40,926 bases of DNA from Gammaproteobacteria bacterium (GTDB lineage Bacteria; Pseudomonadota; Gammaproteobacteria; Tethybacterales; Persebacteraceae): the NCBI GenBank assembly GCA_051008975.1, contig JBPCXA010000217.1:1-40926 (forward strand), written 5' to 3'. Both the position numbers and the translations under genes were made by a program. Below are positions 20,001 to 29,042 of the stretch, in pieces; the stretch's first letter is position 1; every line of letters begins with the position of its first letter. The notes under the pieces were generated by a model. It ran no database searches and was not told the origin of the DNA. It worked only from the letters and a program-made list of their open reading frames with translations.

Positions 20001-20475
20001 ACCGGTGCTCCAAGATACGCCTAGTGTCTTCATCAAGCCCGTGCTTGTCGACGAACATCGCGTGGTACTTCCCGATCAACTCAAGCGCCTTGATCTTGTC
20101 GTAGAGCTTAAACTTAATGGAACCGCCATCCTTTGTTCTGGTCTCCGTCACCTCCGCGACAGCACGAGTAAGAGCTTCACCGAGCTCACTTGATTCACGA
20201 AGCTCTACTCCATTAGGCCCCCACGTAGAATAGTTATCCTGATCCTGAAAAGCAATTATCGCTAGTTCTCTAATAACTCTCTGTGGGCTAACATCAAGAT
20301 CATCGCTAAGTTCCTTTGATCGATCGGCTAGCGCAGCCTGCACGTCAGGTTTTGTCAAGAGCTCCTGCCCTATGCTTCTAGCCGTTCTCTCACTGTAGCC
20401 AGAACGCCTTGCGGCCGCAGCAGCATTGAAGTCGACCAAATATTCTTCTACGAATTTTGCTTGCTTTGGATTCAA
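19981..20475 (-). CDS. terS: Terminase small subunit
   Basis: KQAKFVEEYLVDFNAAAAARRSGYS..TA.SIG.ELL.KP...KIKALELIGK. Confidence 0.95.
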   Translation of the reverse strand: MNPKQAKFVEEYLVDFNAAAAARRSGYSERTARSIGQELLTKPDVQAALADRSKELSDDLDVSPQRVIRELAIIAFQDQDNYSTWGPNGVELRESSELGEALTRAVAEVTETRTKDGGSIKFKLYDKIKALELIGKYHAMFVDKHGLDEDTRRILEHRYGRADH

Positions 20476-20484
20476 CTCAACACC

Positions 20485-21021
20485 TTAAATATCAGAATTC
20501 ATCTTGCCACTTTCAACAATCTTAACGGTAGCCTCACTTGCAAGAGCTCGCTTTAGCATTCGCACCTCAAGATTGTGCTTGGGATTAAACTCTCGCTCAT
20601 GGATAAGCCATGGCTTGGGTAGATAAATGCCATAAAGTGGGTAGTCTGGATCGAAATATTCCAGTGTCGACTCATTCCACGGGTTGCAGTGTGTCGGATC
20701 CTGGTAATACCCATGACTCCCAGCATAGGGGACGATAATGTAGAGCTGTCCCTCAGGCTTCATAATTCGCCACAATTCGTTCATGATGTCCAGTGAGAGC
20801 CACGGCTTGATGTGCTCTAGTATGTGCGAAGCGAGGATGATATGAGCACATTCATCTGGAAGCGGATAGGGAAAGACCTCAAGATCGTGAATGATGTCGA
20901 CGCCACTGAGTGGGCGCTTGTCAATGCCTATCCAACCTTCATTCTTTGAGCCACCGCAACCGATATCGAGCATGATACCGTTGCCATCGTCAACAACTTT
21001 TTTGGCTTTGAACCATCTCAT
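20485..21021 (-). CDS. Class I SAM-dependent methyltransferase
   Basis: LDIGCGG motif I, SHILEH, ELWRIMKPEG, DPTH. Confidence 0.85.
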   Translation of the reverse strand: MRWFKAKKVVDDGNGIMLDIGCGGSKNEGWIGIDKRPLSGVDIIHDLEVFPYPLPDECAHIILASHILEHIKPWLSLDIMNELWRIMKPEGQLYIIVPYAGSHGYYQDPTHCNPWNESTLEYFDPDYPLYGIYLPKPWLIHEREFNPKHNLEVRMLKRALASEATVKIVESGKMNSDI

Positions 21022-22814
21022 CTCAGTGTTCCACCCGACAGGCTTACCCCGCTCATTGCGCTTCCTACAGCAACAGCCTCTTGTCTCAGCGGATGAGGGT
21101 ACGCAATTTCAGTATATCCGGATAGAAACGTTGAGACCCACGGACAGGTGTCATCTGCGCAGTGTGTCCAATCCCTATCCTGCTGAAAATAAGGCCCTAT
21201 TTCGGTGTCAATGCAAAAATCACCGGTTGGTTGGAGTGTACCACCGCAATCTGCCTCTGTCGCATCTGTGTTATTCCACCACCGCATCGGGGTTACAGCC
21301 TGAGGGCGCCGGTTGTCATCCCCAATGCCTGGACTTGATGAGGCGAATCCATGGCCATCAATACACGGGTAGCCATTGGAGATTTTATACCCCTCGCTTG
21401 CATCGAATGCGCCATTACCAGAGCAAGAGGGGCCAAGGGCCGCGAAGGTCAACGTGGTCGCCGTGTTACTCGTGACCTGCGATATACAGTCGACTGAGCC
21501 AGTCCCTTCAGCGTCTTCCTCACTGGTGTTGTGGACATAGTCGTCTACCCACTCATTGGTCGTCCATGACTTAGAGGTATCAGCCAGGGTGGTTGAGGAG
21601 CCGCTTGTCGCAGTCCCTGAGGCTGTCGCATCAATTGCACCATTTCCGTCAACGAAGCTGTTCCCGATGCACCCGTTCCATAACCCACCCTCTGCTGGAT
21701 CACCTGGGCGAAACCCCCATACACGAGCAGCTGCTCGATGACGATTCCCCGCTGTCGCGCCCACATTGAATGAGTTATTCCATACCCAATAGGAGCCGCC
21801 CCTGAATGAGGTAATATTGCGAGAGAAATCACCACGTGAGACAACATTATCATGGATGATCATAGCACGTCCAGAGCGAGACTCAGAGCCTCTAGCCCCG
21901 TGCATGCTCCATCCACCTACTTCGATGTGGTTGTGCCTCCAAATACCCTTGCCACCCTTGCGGACATCTACAAGGAATGCATTCCCAAGGCAACTCGTCT
22001 CGCCTTCGTCGTAGTCAAATGTGTTGTCCTCAAAGACTACCCAAGTATTTGCTACACCGCCTAGATCAAGCGGGTCTGCCCAGCTAATGTCACCGGACCA
22101 GCCACCACCCGGTGAAGTGAAGAAGTCATTGCATTTTTGCACTTGAGCCATGAATGCGTTGTCTCCATCTCCTACGCATTCCAGACTATGAAACCAATTG
22201 TTATCAAAGACTCCTGACGCATTGTCGTGATTTGCGTCGGCCATAACAAAGCCTGAGGTATTCACAGCGATATCGTCGTAGTAGTTATTGTTGTCTATGC
22301 GAAACTGAGCGAAGTTCTGGAATGCCGTAAGTGTATGTACCGCAGGGCCGCCCTCGTCATCTGGTCCACAGTTGTAGTTTTGCTCAGTGAATCCGGTGAA
22401 TCGTATGCCAGTTATGCGGGCATGCCCAACCGGAGTTGGAGAGCTCGGGACTTTGATAACCAAGCTTGGCTCAGTAGCTGTATTCTCCTTGTTGAGGGTT
22501 GTAGGCCAAGTACCGGTGGGCGCTCCATTGTCACCGCAATCCGTGCAGTTACCACCACCACTAATCGTAATTGTTTTGGTGATCACGGCAGCCGTGTTGA
22601 ATGTATGCGTGCCTGTCGCGATCGTGATCGTATCACCAGCGACGGTGCCGGCGTCGTCAATGAGTGTTTGCAGACCGGCTGGGGTGCAGGAATCGTTCAC
22701 TCCATTTGTTCCGCACGTTGAGTCGGCCGAGAAAGCCCAATCGACCGAAAACAAAAGCATGGCAAGGGCGAATATCCACCAAACAATAGCACTAAATATC
22801 GATATCGCTTTCAT
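21018..22814 (-). CDS. Secreted beta-helix-like (pectin-lyase-fold) adhesin/depolymerase
   Basis: Likely start MKAISIFSAIVWWIFALAMLLFSVDWAFSA (signal peptide); AGDTITIATGTH, repeated IDNN/FDNN/FEDNTF/WNNSF rungs, paired Cys, C-terminal YPHPL. Confidence 0.7.
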   Translation of the reverse strand: MKAISIFSAIVWWIFALAMLLFSVDWAFSADSTCGTNGVNDSCTPAGLQTLIDDAGTVAGDTITIATGTHTFNTAAVITKTITISGGGNCTDCGDNGAPTGTWPTTLNKENTATEPSLVIKVPSSPTPVGHARITGIRFTGFTEQNYNCGPDDEGGPAVHTLTAFQNFAQFRIDNNNYYDDIAVNTSGFVMADANHDNASGVFDNNWFHSLECVGDGDNAFMAQVQKCNDFFTSPGGGWSGDISWADPLDLGGVANTWVVFEDNTFDYDEGETSCLGNAFLVDVRKGGKGIWRHNHIEVGGWSMHGARGSESRSGRAMIIHDNVVSRGDFSRNITSFRGGSYWVWNNSFNVGATAGNRHRAAARVWGFRPGDPAEGGLWNGCIGNSFVDGNGAIDATASGTATSGSSTTLADTSKSWTTNEWVDDYVHNTSEEDAEGTGSVDCISQVTSNTATTLTFAALGPSCSGNGAFDASEGYKISNGYPCIDGHGFASSSPGIGDDNRRPQAVTPMRWWNNTDATEADCGGTLQPTGDFCIDTEIGPYFQQDRDWTHCADDTCPWVSTFLSGYTEIAYPHPLRQEAVAVGSAMSGVSLSGGTLR

Positions 22815-22815
22815 C

Positions 22816-23550
22816 TCATTGCACCATGATGACTCTACGTGCTGCCGGAGCCGCGCCCGCTTCAAATAATTGAACTGCAATATGCCCGATATCGATTGCT
22901 GCACTAGCAGTCCATGACATCGTTGTCGTGCCGGCAGCTCCCACTTCATCACTACCTTTTTGCGAATCATCAGAGCCGCCATTATTCAGATGAATACGTT
23001 CCGTCTGACCTGCTCCAGGCGTCAAAGTAGTTGTGCCATCATGGAAATAATGGATGACGTCGACTGCCCAGTCGCCTAATGATGTTGTCACATCGATAGA
23101 CGTAGACGTTCCTGCATCTACAGAATTCGTTCCTGATGCTCCACATGGATCAGTCTGATTTGCACCTGTGTATGACATCGCTACTGAGAATAGCGAATTT
23201 GAGCTTGTAGAGGATACGACAACATCACTGGCACCTGTTGACGGATTGGCTAGACAGAAGAGCGTGAGGCGAGTAGCGAATCCATCAGCATCCCATGTTA
23301 GAGTTGCCTCTTGTGTCATGCTGACTGCGTCATAAGTGACGGTGGGCACATCTGGGAAAGTCGCACCGGAAATATATCCGCCAACACCGACAATTAGTGC
23401 TCGATCAGTACCTGTTGTCGTATGAGAATATGTTAGCGATGTAACGGCTGAACCATCAAAATCTGATGAGGCTGCATCGAACGCAATAACTGCAAAGGCA
23501 TGAGGAGAAGCCAGGCATATAAAAACGACCGCAATCAGCAATCTACGCAT
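22816..23550 (-). CDS. Secreted Ser/Thr-rich beta-sandwich, virion-appendage-like protein
   Basis: Signal peptide MRRLLIAVVFICLASPHAFA; IAFDAAS...SLTYSHT...RALIVGV...VTYDAVSMT; C-terminal RRVIMVQ. Confidence 0.7.
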   Translation of the reverse strand: MRRLLIAVVFICLASPHAFAVIAFDAASSDFDGSAVTSLTYSHTTTGTDRALIVGVGGYISGATFPDVPTVTYDAVSMTQEATLTWDADGFATRLTLFCLANPSTGASDVVVSSTSSNSLFSVAMSYTGANQTDPCGASGTNSVDAGTSTSIDVTTSLGDWAVDVIHYFHDGTTTLTPGAGQTERIHLNNGGSDDSQKGSDEVGAAGTTTMSWTASAAIDIGHIAVQLFEAGAAPAARRVIMVQ

Positions 23551-23552
23551 GG

Positions 23553-26500
23553 CTACTGCCTATCCACTGTGAAAGTGAAGCAGATCGTGTACTCATCCGT
23601 TTCAGGCGAAACCGCGTTATCCACATCGAACCGGAGCCCCTCACCAGCCACTAAGGAATTCGCAGCCGTCACAGCCTGATACGTGCTATTTCCAGTGCCG
23701 GTACTACACGTCGGCGCTGTATGGGTCATCGCATTTCCAGCGCGATCCTCAAGAGACAAAGAGGCTCCTGTCGTGCAAGTCCCTCGGCAGTGGCATCCAA
23801 TACCAGTGATCGTGATCGGATCGTTGGCCATGAAGATTTCGAAGTCATCGTCGGCGGCAGCCAGGTCCTCGATCACTGCGCACTTCTGACGCTCATATGC
23901 CAAGACTCGTGGCGTTGCTCCATAGATGAGTTGATCATCGGTAGTGTCTTGTGAAATTTCGCCGGCTGCATCTACTGTAGGAGCTGCTCCATTAGGAATC
24001 TCAAGACTACCGGCTGCACCGAAGTCGTGTGCTCCCGTATAAGCATCCCCGTCAGCCTCTGCCAGATCAGTGACGTCAGTAAGCTGCGCCTCAACCTCTG
24101 CTTTTGTATCAACCTCACTAGTAGCGCCGCCACTTATTGCTATCAGTCCTGTAAAAGCGCTTACATCTGCCTCAAGACCGCCATTCTCATGAAGTAGGAC
24201 TGGCGACCCACCCGTGGTAAAGATTGTTGACGCCACTGCTTGATTGGATGTGTTGCCGAGGAAGACAGCTCCATCGTCAAGATTCGGAGTGGCATTGTTG
24301 CGACCTGCACCTACCACTGCCAATTGCCCCGTTGCAGCATTCACTCGGATCACGGTGGCGACTCGCTGAAGAAGACCTGCCTCTCCAGTGGGAATAACAT
24401 TTGTCATGTTCTCGCCGCAGTCCGCTGAAGCACTTGTCCCGGACGTGTTGATATAGATGCCATCACCAACAGTCCATGATTCTGTCGTTGCCGTATCAAC
24501 AGAATCCACGATGCCACCCGTGATAACCAATCCAGATGCGCCATTAGCAATAGACGCCTGAGTAATACCAATCGCTGGCATTGCTCCAGAGTTATCGGCG
24601 TCAGCAATAGAAACCTCAGGAAGATCACTCGGGATATCGAATCCCGAGATATAGACCGCTGTACACTCCTCGATCGTTACCCCTGAATCGTTGAATACCG
24701 ATTCCAGGGTTGTTGTCGATTCGCTCACTCCATCGACAGCAACAGAAAGTGAATCTCCAGATTCAATCGTGATGGCATTGCAGTCACCAGTGGCACAGTC
24801 AAACACGTCTGTAATATCACCTGAAGTTGCTGCAATTGCAGAGGGAGCTCCACTATTAACGTTGCAAAATTCGAATTGGTTGTCAGTCGTATCGTACCAC
24901 CACAGACCCTGATCGCCAACGCAGGAATCATCGTCAACCAAAATAGTGTTTCTCGTAACTTGCCCACTGATGATGGGAGACGTGAGCGTCTTGTTTGTGA
25001 GTGTCTGAGTATTCGTCGTGCCAACGACGGCACCAGTTGCGCCATGCTCGGTAGTACCTGCAATGTGAGAATCGATCTGAGCATGAGTATTGGTGCCGAT
25101 ATCAGTGAGGTCGGTATGGCTACGGTTGGTGATCTGCGTGAGGTTGGTCAGCGTGATCGTATCCGGTATGTCTCCGTCTACAAGCGTAACCATGCACGAC
25201 TGTGGGATGAGTGACCCTGCCGTGATTGTACAGAGCACCTGTGCATCACCAGTCAAGCCACCTACGTCTGCAATCTTGAATCCCCAGGTGGCCGTGCCAT
25301 CATCTGCGCCTTCGCTCAAAAGGAGAGAGCCACCATTCGTAGCATTCGCAGTTGATCCAATCGTACCAGTGGCATTAACCGTCCCATCCGCATCGACTGA
25401 AAATACCTCAGTGTCTGCGTCGTCTTGTACGATCAAAATGGAGTCTGTTTGGGTCGAGAATCCCTCAATTACAAGTTGCGGCTGGTCAGCGTCACCACCA
25501 ATTTCCATCTTTCCAGCAAGCGTCCCTGCGCCATCACCCACATGCACATCCTTGGTAATGGTATTCTGCACGATAGGATCACCGGCATCAGAAAATGCAC
25601 CAGAGCCAGCGCCTGTATCATCTGTGCCGTCAGCAAACCCTCCCGGGACACCAACAAGTTGCGACCATTCCACCTTGCCATCGGCAGCATTTGGGCCACT
25701 GCCATTCACATCATCTAATTCAGAGACGGCCGAATCAAGATCAGTGGCGACGAAATTAGAATCTGGATCATCAAAACTCACTAAGTCGCCATCTTTGGTC
25801 TCTGAATCACGATGGATAGTGGCATCTATCCTCGCATCCTCAAGCGCCCCCATTATAAAGAAAGCAGTCGCAGAATCACCAGTCAATGCAGCACCCGCCT
25901 CAGCATCCCCAGCCGCGTAGTTTCCCGTGGTATCTGTCGTGAGTGCAACCGAATCAGTGACCACCGTATTGGCTTGAATTGTGCCCCCGCCAGCCCCTGA
26001 AATAGCACCAGCCTCCGTAATCTGTAAATGGGCACCAGAAGTGTTTCCAACGAGCGTTACCGTGTTCCCCGCCCCATCAGTCTCGAATCGCAAGAAGTCG
26101 GCTTCAGGGTCTGATCCGGAATCAAGCGCTATGGCGCCAGTGCAGTCATTTACGGTTCCACAATTGACCCGCATTGACATTTCTACTGCGCCAGTATCGT
26201 CAGTATCGTCTAGGGCGAGAGTGGGAGCTGTGGAAGAGACCGTCACGCTGGGAGAGTTGATTGTAATGCTATCCGGCACCTGAGCATCCGTGACAGCACC
26301 TTGCAGGTCTTGGAGGTCAATCACGGCCTCTAGCACTGACTCTGCCCCTGCTGCCACAAAGTCGACCGTAATGGTGTCAGTACCTGCATCCCCAGTCACC
26401 GTCACTGCTGCACTTGGAGCTAACCAGCTGAGTGTATCAGCGGCATTATCAGCCACTGGGCTTGTGCCAGCAGGAGTTGATTGAGTCTCGAAGCTATTCG

Positions 26501-27041
26501 CGGAGCCGCCCCCGGGAATATCACAATCTGTTGCATCATTCCCAGCATCGTCCGTACAGGTTACGCCTACGCCAGTGAAGTTTAAGTTCGTACGAGCTGT
26601 TAGCCCAACCCCCTCATCCTGGATCGTATGACCACCCACCCCACCCGTTTGGTCAGTGATACAAGCGAATATCGTTCCGTCAAAGTCAAGCTTTTCTGTT
26701 GTGTCATCGCAATTAGGGACGGTGATGCCGACAGCATCACCTGTAAGCGTGATGGGCGACGTAGTAGAGAGGTTGGTGTCGTCAGAAATGTCTATGCCGG
26801 ATAGGGATGTCCCAGTGTGGCTGTGGGAATCGTTGACAACAGTGCATGCTGGAAATGTACCTCCTAGGTCTCCTGAGCAAGCCTCGCCATCCAAGACGGC
26901 TTCACCCCATCCAGCATTCCAATCTGCACCCGTAATTTTGCCACCCGCACCTGAACAACTAGGCCAAGTGCATGGCTGGGCATGAGCATTTGCAGACATC
27001 AGAAACACGACAAATGCGCCGAAGGCGGCATATCGAATCAT
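23553..27041 (-). CDS. Large secreted tail-fibre-like protein (1162 aa)
   Basis: Signal peptide [21 protein letters not shown]; fibre motifs ([24 protein letters not shown]); cement-like domain (VYISG...ADADN..MPAIG); many short Cys pairs. Confidence 0.75.
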   Translation of the reverse strand: MIRYAAFGAFVVFLMSANAHAQPCTWPSCSGAGGKITGADWNAGWGEAVLDGEACSGDLGGTFPACTVVNDSHSHTGTSLSGIDISDDTNLSTTSPITLTGDAVGITVPNCDDTTEKLDFDGTIFACITDQTGGVGGHTIQDEGVGLTARTNLNFTGVGVTCTDDAGNDATDCDIPGGGSANSFETQSTPAGTSPVADNAADTLSWLAPSAAVTVTGDAGTDTITVDFVAAGAESVLEAVIDLQDLQGAVTDAQVPDSITINSPSVTVSSTAPTLALDDTDDTGAVEMSMRVNCGTVNDCTGAIALDSGSDPEADFLRFETDGAGNTVTLVGNTSGAHLQITEAGAISGAGGGTIQANTVVTDSVALTTDTTGNYAAGDAEAGAALTGDSATAFFIMGALEDARIDATIHRDSETKDGDLVSFDDPDSNFVATDLDSAVSELDDVNGSGPNAADGKVEWSQLVGVPGGFADGTDDTGAGSGAFSDAGDPIVQNTITKDVHVGDGAGTLAGKMEIGGDADQPQLVIEGFSTQTDSILIVQDDADTEVFSVDADGTVNATGTIGSTANATNGGSLLLSEGADDGTATWGFKIADVGGLTGDAQVLCTITAGSLIPQSCMVTLVDGDIPDTITLTNLTQITNRSHTDLTDIGTNTHAQIDSHIAGTTEHGATGAVVGTTNTQTLTNKTLTSPIISGQVTRNTILVDDDSCVGDQGLWWYDTTDNQFEFCNVNSGAPSAIAATSGDITDVFDCATGDCNAITIESGDSLSVAVDGVSESTTTLESVFNDSGVTIEECTAVYISGFDIPSDLPEVSIADADNSGAMPAIGITQASIANGASGLVITGGIVDSVDTATTESWTVGDGIYINTSGTSASADCGENMTNVIPTGEAGLLQRVATVIRVNAATGQLAVVGAGRNNATPNLDDGAVFLGNTSNQAVASTIFTTGGSPVLLHENGGLEADVSAFTGLIAISGGATSEVDTKAEVEAQLTDVTDLAEADGDAYTGAHDFGAAGSLEIPNGAAPTVDAAGEISQDTTDDQLIYGATPRVLAYERQKCAVIEDLAAADDDFEIFMANDPITITGIGCHCRGTCTTGASLSLEDRAGNAMTHTAPTCSTGTGNSTYQAVTAANSLVAGEGLRFDVDNAVSPETDEYTICFTFTVDRQ

Positions 27042-27043
27042 CG

Positions 27044-27310
27044 CTAGTCCCGCTCATTGAGAAGGTTACGCATGTCTTTTAGTTGCCCGTCAATCCGTGC
27101 CAGAGCCCTCTCCATACGGTACTGAGCATTCGCAACACCTACCCGAAAGTAGGCAAGAGCCCCCGCACCAAGTATCTCTGCCAATGCCTGAGTATTGCCA
27201 GCATCAAATGATCCCTCACCGGGAGCAAACTCAAAAAGATCAAGCAGCCCATGAAGCATACCCAATCCACAGAGAATATATGTCCGTTTTCCTCTAATTT
27301 TCACGGGCAT
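27044..27310 (-). CDS. Holin-like membrane protein
   Basis: Two hydrophobic segments; GKRTYIL...LAYFR.GV pattern; charged C-terminus. Confidence 0.55.
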   Translation of the reverse strand: MPVKIRGKRTYILCGLGMLHGLLDLFEFAPGEGSFDAGNTQALAEILGAGALAYFRVGVANAQYRMERALARIDGQLKDMRNLLNERD

Positions 27311-27332
27311 TCCTTCGTGATCGAATCATTGG

Positions 27333-27491
27333 CTAAACGTTTTCCTTGGTGCCGAAGTAGTACCCCAAAATGATCAGAGTCAGCTCCTTGACATCCTGGG
27401 GCGCTTGACCACCAGAGTAGACCTGCCAACCAAAATAACCAACAACAGCTACAGCAATCAGTCGCCTAGTCCACAAACCAAAATCGCTCAT
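27333..27491 (-). CDS. Small 2-TM holin-like protein (52 aa)
   Basis: MSDFGLWTRRLIAVAVVGYFGW...LTLIILGYYFGTKENV; not in the ORF track. Confidence 0.55.
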   Translation of the reverse strand: MSDFGLWTRRLIAVAVVGYFGWQVYSGGQAPQDVKELTLIILGYYFGTKENV

Positions 27492-27691
27492 CATGGCACT
27501 GGGGGCGGCTGAGCAGGCGGTGGGGCAACCGCATTTTCGAGCTCGTCAAGTGCCTTGCGATGTTCAGACCCAAGGTTCTCGATCTCGACCGGATCATCCA
27601 TGTTGTCAACGGCATCCTGGACTTGGTCTAAAGCCGCACGAATCAGCCTCAATGTCTTGCTAAGGTCAGCCATTTTCTTTTCTCCTGCCAC
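27491..27691 (-). CDS. Small helical protein with Pro-rich tail
   Basis: 66-aa ORF in the membrane-gene cluster. Confidence 0.55.
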   Translation of the reverse strand: MAGEKKMADLSKTLRLIRAALDQVQDAVDNMDDPVEIENLGSEHRKALDELENAVAPPPAQPPPVP

Positions 27692-27703
27692 TCCTGCAGT
27701 GGC

Positions 27704-28096
27704 CTATTTGGTATGCCTGAGGACGAACCCTTGAGCAACACTCACAGCGTGAGAAAGCTCCTGAATGGCCACTTGGTATGCCGTATTGCTCGGATCATCT
27801 TGCCGCTTAATAGCCCGGACAAGCGCATCTCGTGCGGCGTCCAATGCAGCCTGCACATCTGGCCCAATGACGTTCTGATACTCCTCCTTGACAGACACAG
27901 AGATATCACCAGCCTCAAAGCCTACTTTGATGAAGCGCACCAAGACGGCCGCAGAATTGTCGAAAGTGTCAATCACCTGAGCAGCCGTGGCAAGCCCAGG
28001 ATCAGAGATGGCAACGCCTTGATGAGTCACAGGAGCCTTGCAAGCAGCGAGCATTAAAAAGGCGACGACGATAGACACATTTCTAACTTTTTTCAT
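27704..28096 (-). CDS. Lipoprotein (possible spanin component)
   Basis: MKK + hydrophobic stretch + lipobox LAAC; GGAAGGA RBS. Confidence 0.75.
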   Translation of the reverse strand: MKKVRNVSIVVAFLMLAACKAPVTHQGVAISDPGLATAAQVIDTFDNSAAVLVRFIKVGFEAGDISVSVKEEYQNVIGPDVQAALDAARDALVRAIKRQDDPSNTAYQVAIQELSHAVSVAQGFVLRHTK

Positions 28097-28106
28097 GATT
28101 CCTTCC

Positions 28107-28400
28107 TTATTTGCCGCTGGAATGAGATGTTGGTGTGCCTCTTGACTGTTCTCTACGCGATGACATCTGCACTAGCAACCGTTGCAACTCGTCGATTTTG
28201 GCATCTAGGCGATCGATGTGCCGCTCTAGGCGATCAACGTGCTTGCTCCAATTTTCCCGCAGCATGGCTCCAGGGTGTGGCTGCGCGGAATGCTGGCGGA
28301 GCGTGAATGCACCGACAGCACCACTTAGTAAGACAATGGCCATCATAGTGCCAAAAAACGATTTGTATGTGAGATAAGTGGAATCTGTTGTTGATTTCAT
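28107..28400 (-). CDS. Single-TM coiled-coil protein, first gene of the late operon
   Basis: Likely start MKST at 28400; TM segment then (DRLERHI)-type heptads. Confidence 0.6.
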   Translation of the reverse strand: MKSTTDSTYLTYKSFFGTMMAIVLLSGAVGAFTLRQHSAQPHPGAMLRENWSKHVDRLERHIDRLDAKIDELQRLLVQMSSRREQSRGTPTSHSSGK

Positions 28401-28411
28401 TTCACGCTCAC

Positions 28412-28500
28412 ACCGGGGATAGTCAGTAACTATCCCCGGTATACAGGGAGCTCGGCTAGGTTCGCCGCGTATCCGGGTCAAATCGAGTACGCCCTAGCCT
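28412..28500 (-). promoter_or_regulatory. Structured 5' leader of the late operon
   Basis: GGCTAGG/CCTAGCC stem enclosing GCGTA/TACGC, followed by the perfect 12-bp hairpin ACCGGGGATAGT/ACTATCCCCGGT (28412-28440). Confidence 0.6.
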
Positions 28501-28506
28501 AACTAG

Positions 28507-28535
28507 ATCGTACAAGCACGAGAGGTATTTGTCAA
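28507..28535 (-). promoter_or_regulatory. Sigma70-type leftward promoter of the late operon
   Basis: TTGACA-17 nt-TACGAT. Confidence 0.75.
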
Positions 28536-28595
28536 TTCTGTATCTCCATGAAATCAGCGACATACGAGATATTTGCATTCCCCATCAAATACCCC

Positions 28596-28624
28596 TTGAC
28601 ATTCTACCGCTATAGTAGTATATT
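28596..28624 (+). promoter_or_regulatory. Sigma70-type rightward promoter
   Basis: TTGACA-17 nt-TATATT. Confidence 0.8.
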
Positions 28625-28630
28625 TATATT

Positions 28631-28773
28631 AGAAGGTAGGACGGAGCAAGGGAAGCGGGGCTCCTGAGAAAAACAGACCCGAATGACTACCCGAAACCGA
28701 GCCGGCAAGCGCAAAGCCAGGCAGGGGAGAGAAAAGGCAAAGGGCCACGGGGCTTATGAAAAACCAAGATGTC
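28631..28773 (+). ncRNA. Candidate ~140-nt structured RNA released by hammerhead cleavage
   Basis: Lies between the predicted TSS and the GUC cleavage site; GGTAG/CTACC and GGAGC/GCTCC stems; no T between 28689 and 28753. Confidence 0.45.
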
Positions 28774-28819
28774 GCCGGGGATGGTACCCCGGACCTGAGG
28801 AGAGACCATACGAAACATC
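28768..28819 (+). ncRNA. Hammerhead ribozyme, type III, with loop I-loop II pseudoknot
   Basis: Stem III GAUGU/ACAUC; GUC site (C28773); stem I GCCGGGG/CCCCGG(A)C; core CUGAGGA (28795-28801); G28802-C28811 stem II; GAAA (28812-28815); loop I AUGGU complementary to loop II ACCAU. Confidence 0.88.
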
Positions 28820-28832
28820 AAGGGGAAGCGTG

Positions 28833-29036
28833 ATGAAACTGTACGAAATCAGAATCGCCAACGTAAAAAAAACCCACCTAGATATCGCCATCGACCGCTT
28901 CGGTTGGCATGACGCAAATATCGATTGGTGGAATTACAACGCAGGATGCACACTCACAGTGAAATCCAACACAAACGAGATCGATCGCTTTGACAAGATG
29001 CTGAATAAACCCAGCAGAGTCAAAGAAATTAGCTAA
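28833..29036 (+). CDS. Small hypothetical protein (67 aa) downstream of the hammerhead
   Basis: AAGGGGAAG RBS then GTG/ATG; MKLYEIRIANVKKTHLDIAIDRFGW... Confidence 0.7.
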   Translation: MKLYEIRIANVKKTHLDIAIDRFGWHDANIDWWNYNAGCTLTVKSNTNEIDRFDKMLNKPSRVKEIS

Positions 29037-29042
29037 TACACT

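Noticed and set aside
22815-22982. Track start of the 654-aa ORF
   Set aside because: It overlaps the upstream gene by about 170 nt; ATG 22814 directly follows the upstream stop and begins a signal peptide
25090-25920. 276-aa plus-strand ORF and similar antisense ORFs (e.g. 1081..1650, 16931..17500, 19380..20024, 35703..36311)
   Set aside because: Shadow frames opposite well-supported genes, with no recognisable motifs
28454-28500. HDV-like ribozyme in the late leader (GGCGAA before a stem)
   Set aside because: P1, P3 and P1.1 pairings of the nested double pseudoknot could not be built
28736-28760. Pistol ribozyme (AGGGCCACG resemblance)
   Set aside because: The complementary CGUGG P1 strand and the downstream conserved elements are missing
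28683-28832. N-terminal extension of ORF 28683..29036
   Set aside because: There is no good RBS at 28683, the region holds the hammerhead and structured leader, and a clear RBS precedes 28830/28833; the open frame is explained by the lack of T
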